Positions 60,665 through 64,000 of a stretch of DNA of 64,000 nucleotides are shown here, piece after piece. Origin of the DNA: Candidatus Cloacimonadales bacterium (GTDB taxonomy: Bacteria; Cloacimonadota; Cloacimonadia; Cloacimonadales; JAIOQZ01). Each line of letters opens with the position of its first letter. The first letter of the stretch is position 1. The stretch is from assembly GCA_963665815.1 (NCBI GenBank), contig OY762463.1, forward strand, positions 384,001 through 448,000, in the 5' to 3' direction. Made by a program: the position numbers and the translations under genes. Below the pieces are notes generated by a model. That model had not been told where the DNA came from and made no database searches. It saw only the letters and a list, made by a program, of their open reading frames with translations.

Positions 60665-61897
60665 ATGAAAAGGGTTCTATTAATTGCCGCAATGATTATG
60701 GTAGGCGCTTTGTTGTTTGGGGAAATTGAGTATGACAGTGGATTTAACTATAATTCGTTTAAAAGCACACATGATTATACTATTATTAAGAAGAAGTATT
60801 TTAAGGAACCATTAGCAAATGAGTTTCTGGTCTCAAGTCCTACAGAAACAAGTGCAGGTGAACTTGTGCTGGAGCGTATATATGAAAAGGATCACAGAAA
60901 AACATTAGTATACTTTGATCAGAATCTGAACAGAGTTAACATGGGAACACACAAAAACTGGATCTACACAAAAGAAGGTAAATATATTTGGTATGCAGAC
61001 TGGATAAATGAAGCGATTAGTGATTATGAACAAAAATCAGTCACAACGGATTTTGGATTATACAAGAAGCAAACAAATGGTTACTCAAAAACTACTACAC
61101 AGGTTAATACGGAGGAATTCTTCAAAGTTTATGACAGTGGTTACATTTCATTATCAAGTGAGTATTTTGAAGAGGATGCCCATTACTATGAGAATGGCTT
61201 CTTAAATATGAAAACTAATGAAGAAATCAGTATAAACCTGTTAAGTGAGTATTCAAAACCTGGAGACGATTTTGAGTACAGTCTTGCATATATTGATGAA
61301 AGTAAAGTTGTATACACTTTTTTCTTATATTATTACAATGAGAAAATTGGGGGTGGGCCTTTTAATGGTAATGCAGGAATTGTTTATTACAATGTTGATG
61401 GGAGTATAAAAAAAATGATTGAGCTCCCTTACAAGTATGCTGGTTGTGTTAGTACATCACCCAATGGAGATGTTATAATTGTAGAAGAACTGACAGGAAG
61501 ATATTTCACCGATGGTCCCACAGGAAATAGAGCTCTCGTTTTCGAAGATGGCCGTATTGTTACAGGCAAGAGTATTGGATCAGAGCTTTGGTCATCTCGC
61601 TGGTCTGCAGATGGATCTATGCTTTTCTCCAGTGGATGCCTTATCGATGTACAAGCCGGTAAAAAAATAATGTCAATTAAAGGAGATGTTTATCCGTCTA
61701 ACAAAGTAGCTGGAAGAGTACTTGCAATTACAGATGATAGACTGAGAGTATTTGATATAGAAACGAAAGAATTGATAATGTCATATCCAATGAATACTGC
61801 AACAGGATACTATGGGATTTCAGGAGATGGGAATGAGATTATCGGTGTGTCCCAGACAAATTATGTGAAAATTAAAATTGGTGAGAGGAAGAAATGA
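60665..61897 (+). CDS. Secreted beta-propeller-like protein, unit 1
   Basis: Signal peptide; SPNG, WSADGS and ISGDG turns typical of WD40/PD40-like blades. Confidence 0.7.
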   Translation: MKRVLLIAAMIMVGALLFGEIEYDSGFNYNSFKSTHDYTIIKKKYFKEPLANEFLVSSPTETSAGELVLERIYEKDHRKTLVYFDQNLNRVNMGTHKNWIYTKEGKYIWYADWINEAISDYEQKSVTTDFGLYKKQTNGYSKTTTQVNTEEFFKVYDSGYISLSSEYFEEDAHYYENGFLNMKTNEEISINLLSEYSKPGDDFEYSLAYIDESKVVYTFFLYYYNEKIGGGPFNGNAGIVYYNVDGSIKKMIELPYKYAGCVSTSPNGDVIIVEELTGRYFTDGPTGNRALVFEDGRIVTGKSIGSELWSSRWSADGSMLFSSGCLIDVQAGKKIMSIKGDVYPSNKVAGRVLAITDDRLRVFDIETKELIMSYPMNTATGYYGISGDGNEIIGVSQTNYVKIKIGERKK

Positions 61898-62143
61898 AAT
61901 CTCCTCTTAAATCGACGTGCAGCGTCAAACAATAATTATTGCACCGTAACACCACCACTCACACCCAAAACAACCTACATAAAACCACCCTGAAACAACT
62001 ACAGCCTGACAACCTATAAATTAAACACCGTTAAGACAACAAATAATAATATTGACATTTATCTGTACCTGTGATCTGTTATGCTCGTGTGAAAATTTAC
62101 ATACCGAAAGCAATATTAAAAAGGAAGATAAGGAGAGTAAACA

Positions 62144-63382
62144 ATGAAAAGGGTTCTATTAATTGCCGCAATGATTATGGTAGGCGCTTTGTTGTTTGGG
62201 GAAATTGAGTATGACAGTGGATTTAACTACAGAACTAAAGAGGGAACACATAATTATACTGTTGTAAAGCAAAAAACGTTTAAGAAACCGTTAGCTTATA
62301 AGTATGTACTATCTCCACCAACAGAAACAAGTGCGGGTGAACTCCTATTTGAGCATGATGTTAAAAAAATAAATGGAAAAACTACTTATATCCTGAATAG
62401 TTTTAACAGAAACTTGGATAGAGTGAGTATGGGGAGTAATGGTGTGTGGCTATGGACTAAGAACGGTAAGTATCTTAGAAACAGGGTATTTGGTTATGAA
62501 AGATTATCAAATAATCAGAGAAAGAGGGCTCTGCTGAAAGATGTAATATATAAGTATTCTAACAACACATATAAACCAATAAACTATATAAAACCTAAAC
62601 AGGAGATAACAGAAATTACTAATAACGGTTATTTCAAGATTACAGATTTATATGATGATTTAGGACCATATTGGCAAGGGGTCCAGAAGTTCAACATGGA
62701 TAAGGCAATAATATTTAATTTTGAGTATGATGCTGACAAGCCAAATTACAGCATAGAAAGAAGACTAGAGTACGTTGATGACTCAAAGATTGTTTTTTCA
62801 TTTTTCTCATATTATGCAAGTGAGGAATCAATGCACGAAATTTTGGATGCTCGAGCAGGTATAATCATATACAATCATGATAGAACATTACGGAGGAAAA
62901 TTGATTTACCCTTTAGAGGATTAGGGGAAGTTTACTCATCACCTGATGGAAGCGTTTTTGCATTAGTTGAAGGTGACCCTCATGGTATAATTAATGATAA
63001 AAATAGTGCACTTCTGTATGAAGATGGGCGTATAGTAACAAGTGAGTCAATAGGATGCAGCCTCTCACCTGATTTCTGGTCTGCAGACGGCTCTTTAATG
63101 ACAACAAACTGTGGGGATTTGATTGATGTTATGAAAGGGAAAAAATTAATGAGTATCAAAGAGGCTGGGCCTCCATCAAATGCTTCAGCAGGAAGAATAC
63201 TTGTTACCTATAAACATATGATAAAAGTATTTGATATAAAGACAAAAGAAATGATAGCTTCATTCTCCATTGGAAGTGGTGCACTTGGTTATAACTTTAG
63301 TATATCTGGTGATGGAACTGAAGTTCTTACCGTTACAGACATGAAGTATACTAAAATTAAAATTGGTGAGAGGAAGAAATGA
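62144..63382 (+). CDS. Secreted beta-propeller-like protein, unit 2
   Basis: First 29 aa and last 9 aa identical to unit 1; core strongly diverged. Confidence 0.7.
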   Translation: MKRVLLIAAMIMVGALLFGEIEYDSGFNYRTKEGTHNYTVVKQKTFKKPLAYKYVLSPPTETSAGELLFEHDVKKINGKTTYILNSFNRNLDRVSMGSNGVWLWTKNGKYLRNRVFGYERLSNNQRKRALLKDVIYKYSNNTYKPINYIKPKQEITEITNNGYFKITDLYDDLGPYWQGVQKFNMDKAIIFNFEYDADKPNYSIERRLEYVDDSKIVFSFFSYYASEESMHEILDARAGIIIYNHDRTLRRKIDLPFRGLGEVYSSPDGSVFALVEGDPHGIINDKNSALLYEDGRIVTSESIGCSLSPDFWSADGSLMTTNCGDLIDVMKGKKLMSIKEAGPPSNASAGRILVTYKHMIKVFDIKTKEMIASFSIGSGALGYNFSISGDGTEVLTVTDMKYTKIKIGERKK

Positions 63383-63628
63383 AATCTCCTCTTAAATCGA
63401 CGTGCAGCGTCAAACAATAATTATTGCACCGTAACACCACCATCCCTACCCAAAACAACCTACATAAAACCACCCTGAAACAACTACAGCCTGACAACCT
63501 ATAAATTAAACACCGTTAAGACAACAAATAATAATATTGACATTTATCTGTACCTGTGATCTGTTATACTCGTGTGAAAATTTACATACCGAAAGCAATA
63601 CTAACAAGGAAGATAAGGAGAGTAAACA

Positions 63629-64000
63629 ATGAAAAGGATTCTATTAATTGCCGTAATAATTATGGCAGGTGTTTTAATGTATGGGGAAATTGAGTATGAC
63701 AGTGGATTTAACTATAATTCGTTTAAAAGCACACATGATTATACTATTATTAAGAAGAAGTATTTTAAGGAACCATTAGCAAACGAGTTTCTGGTCTCAA
63801 GTCCTACAGAAACAAGTGCAGGAGAACTTGTGCTGGAGCGCTTTTATGAAAAAGGAGACAGAAGAACCTTAGCATACTTTGATCAGAATCTGAACAGAGT
63901 TAACATGGGAACACACAAAAACTGGGTCTACACAAAAGAAGGTGAATACATTTGGTATGCCGACTGGACAACTGAAGTAACTAGTGATAATGAGCAAAAA
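63629..64000 (+). CDS. Secreted beta-propeller-like protein, unit 3 (partial)
   Basis: MKRILLIAVIIMAGVLMYGEIEYDSGFNYNSFKSTHDY...; open to the window edge. Confidence 0.8.
   Translation, partial: MKRILLIAVIIMAGVLMYGEIEYDSGFNYNSFKSTHDYTIIKKKYFKEPLANEFLVSSPTETSAGELVLERFYEKGDRRTLAYFDQNLNRVNMGTHKNWVYTKEGEYIWYADWTTEVTSDNEQK

Larger units (their letters stand above)
60508..64000 (+). repeat. Head-to-tail array of ~1.48-kb gene units (runs off the right edge)
   Basis: Shared block accctgaaacaactacagcc... starts at 60508, 61987 and 63472; each ATG lies exactly 157 nt downstream. Confidence 0.95.

Noticed and set aside
60508-64000. Integron cassette array or DGR
   Set aside because: No attC-type RYYYAAC...GTTRRRY inverted structure found, no integrase or RT in the window, and differences between units are not adenine-specific.

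Overview
AT-rich bacterial chromosome segment. Two secreted proteins end in an 'NYPNPFNP...YFY...K.C.LLK' FlgD-Ig/T9SS-like tail, which suggests a Cloacimonadota/FCB-type organism (inference). Housekeeping genes (alr, PIN-PhoH, TrmH, dusB, dacB, M3 and two S41 peptidases, tmk, mscS, transketolase) alternate with accessory material: (1) a five-member tandem array of secreted TPR paralogs with a constant N-terminal module and variable C-termini, one member frameshifted and one gutted by a mobile element; (2) a ~180-bp non-autonomous TIR element (3 full copies, 1 partial) whose junctions point to a palindromic target TCGA-N6-TSA-N6-TCGA; (3) a RAYT-type HUH transposase carrying its own REP doublet both upstream and in-frame inside the gene, next to a NACHT-LRR (NLR-like) gene; (4) an RND/TolC export operon with LytS/LytTR, an unannotated 58-aa leader gene and a 21-bp-period triple repeat upstream; (5) at the right end, a head-to-tail array of ~1.48-kb units with near-identical flanks and mosaic, diversified secreted beta-propeller-like cores, abutting a broken OleC-like ligase. 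No rRNA, tRNA, CRISPR array or reverse transcriptase was recognised. All calls come from manual reading; no database searches were run.
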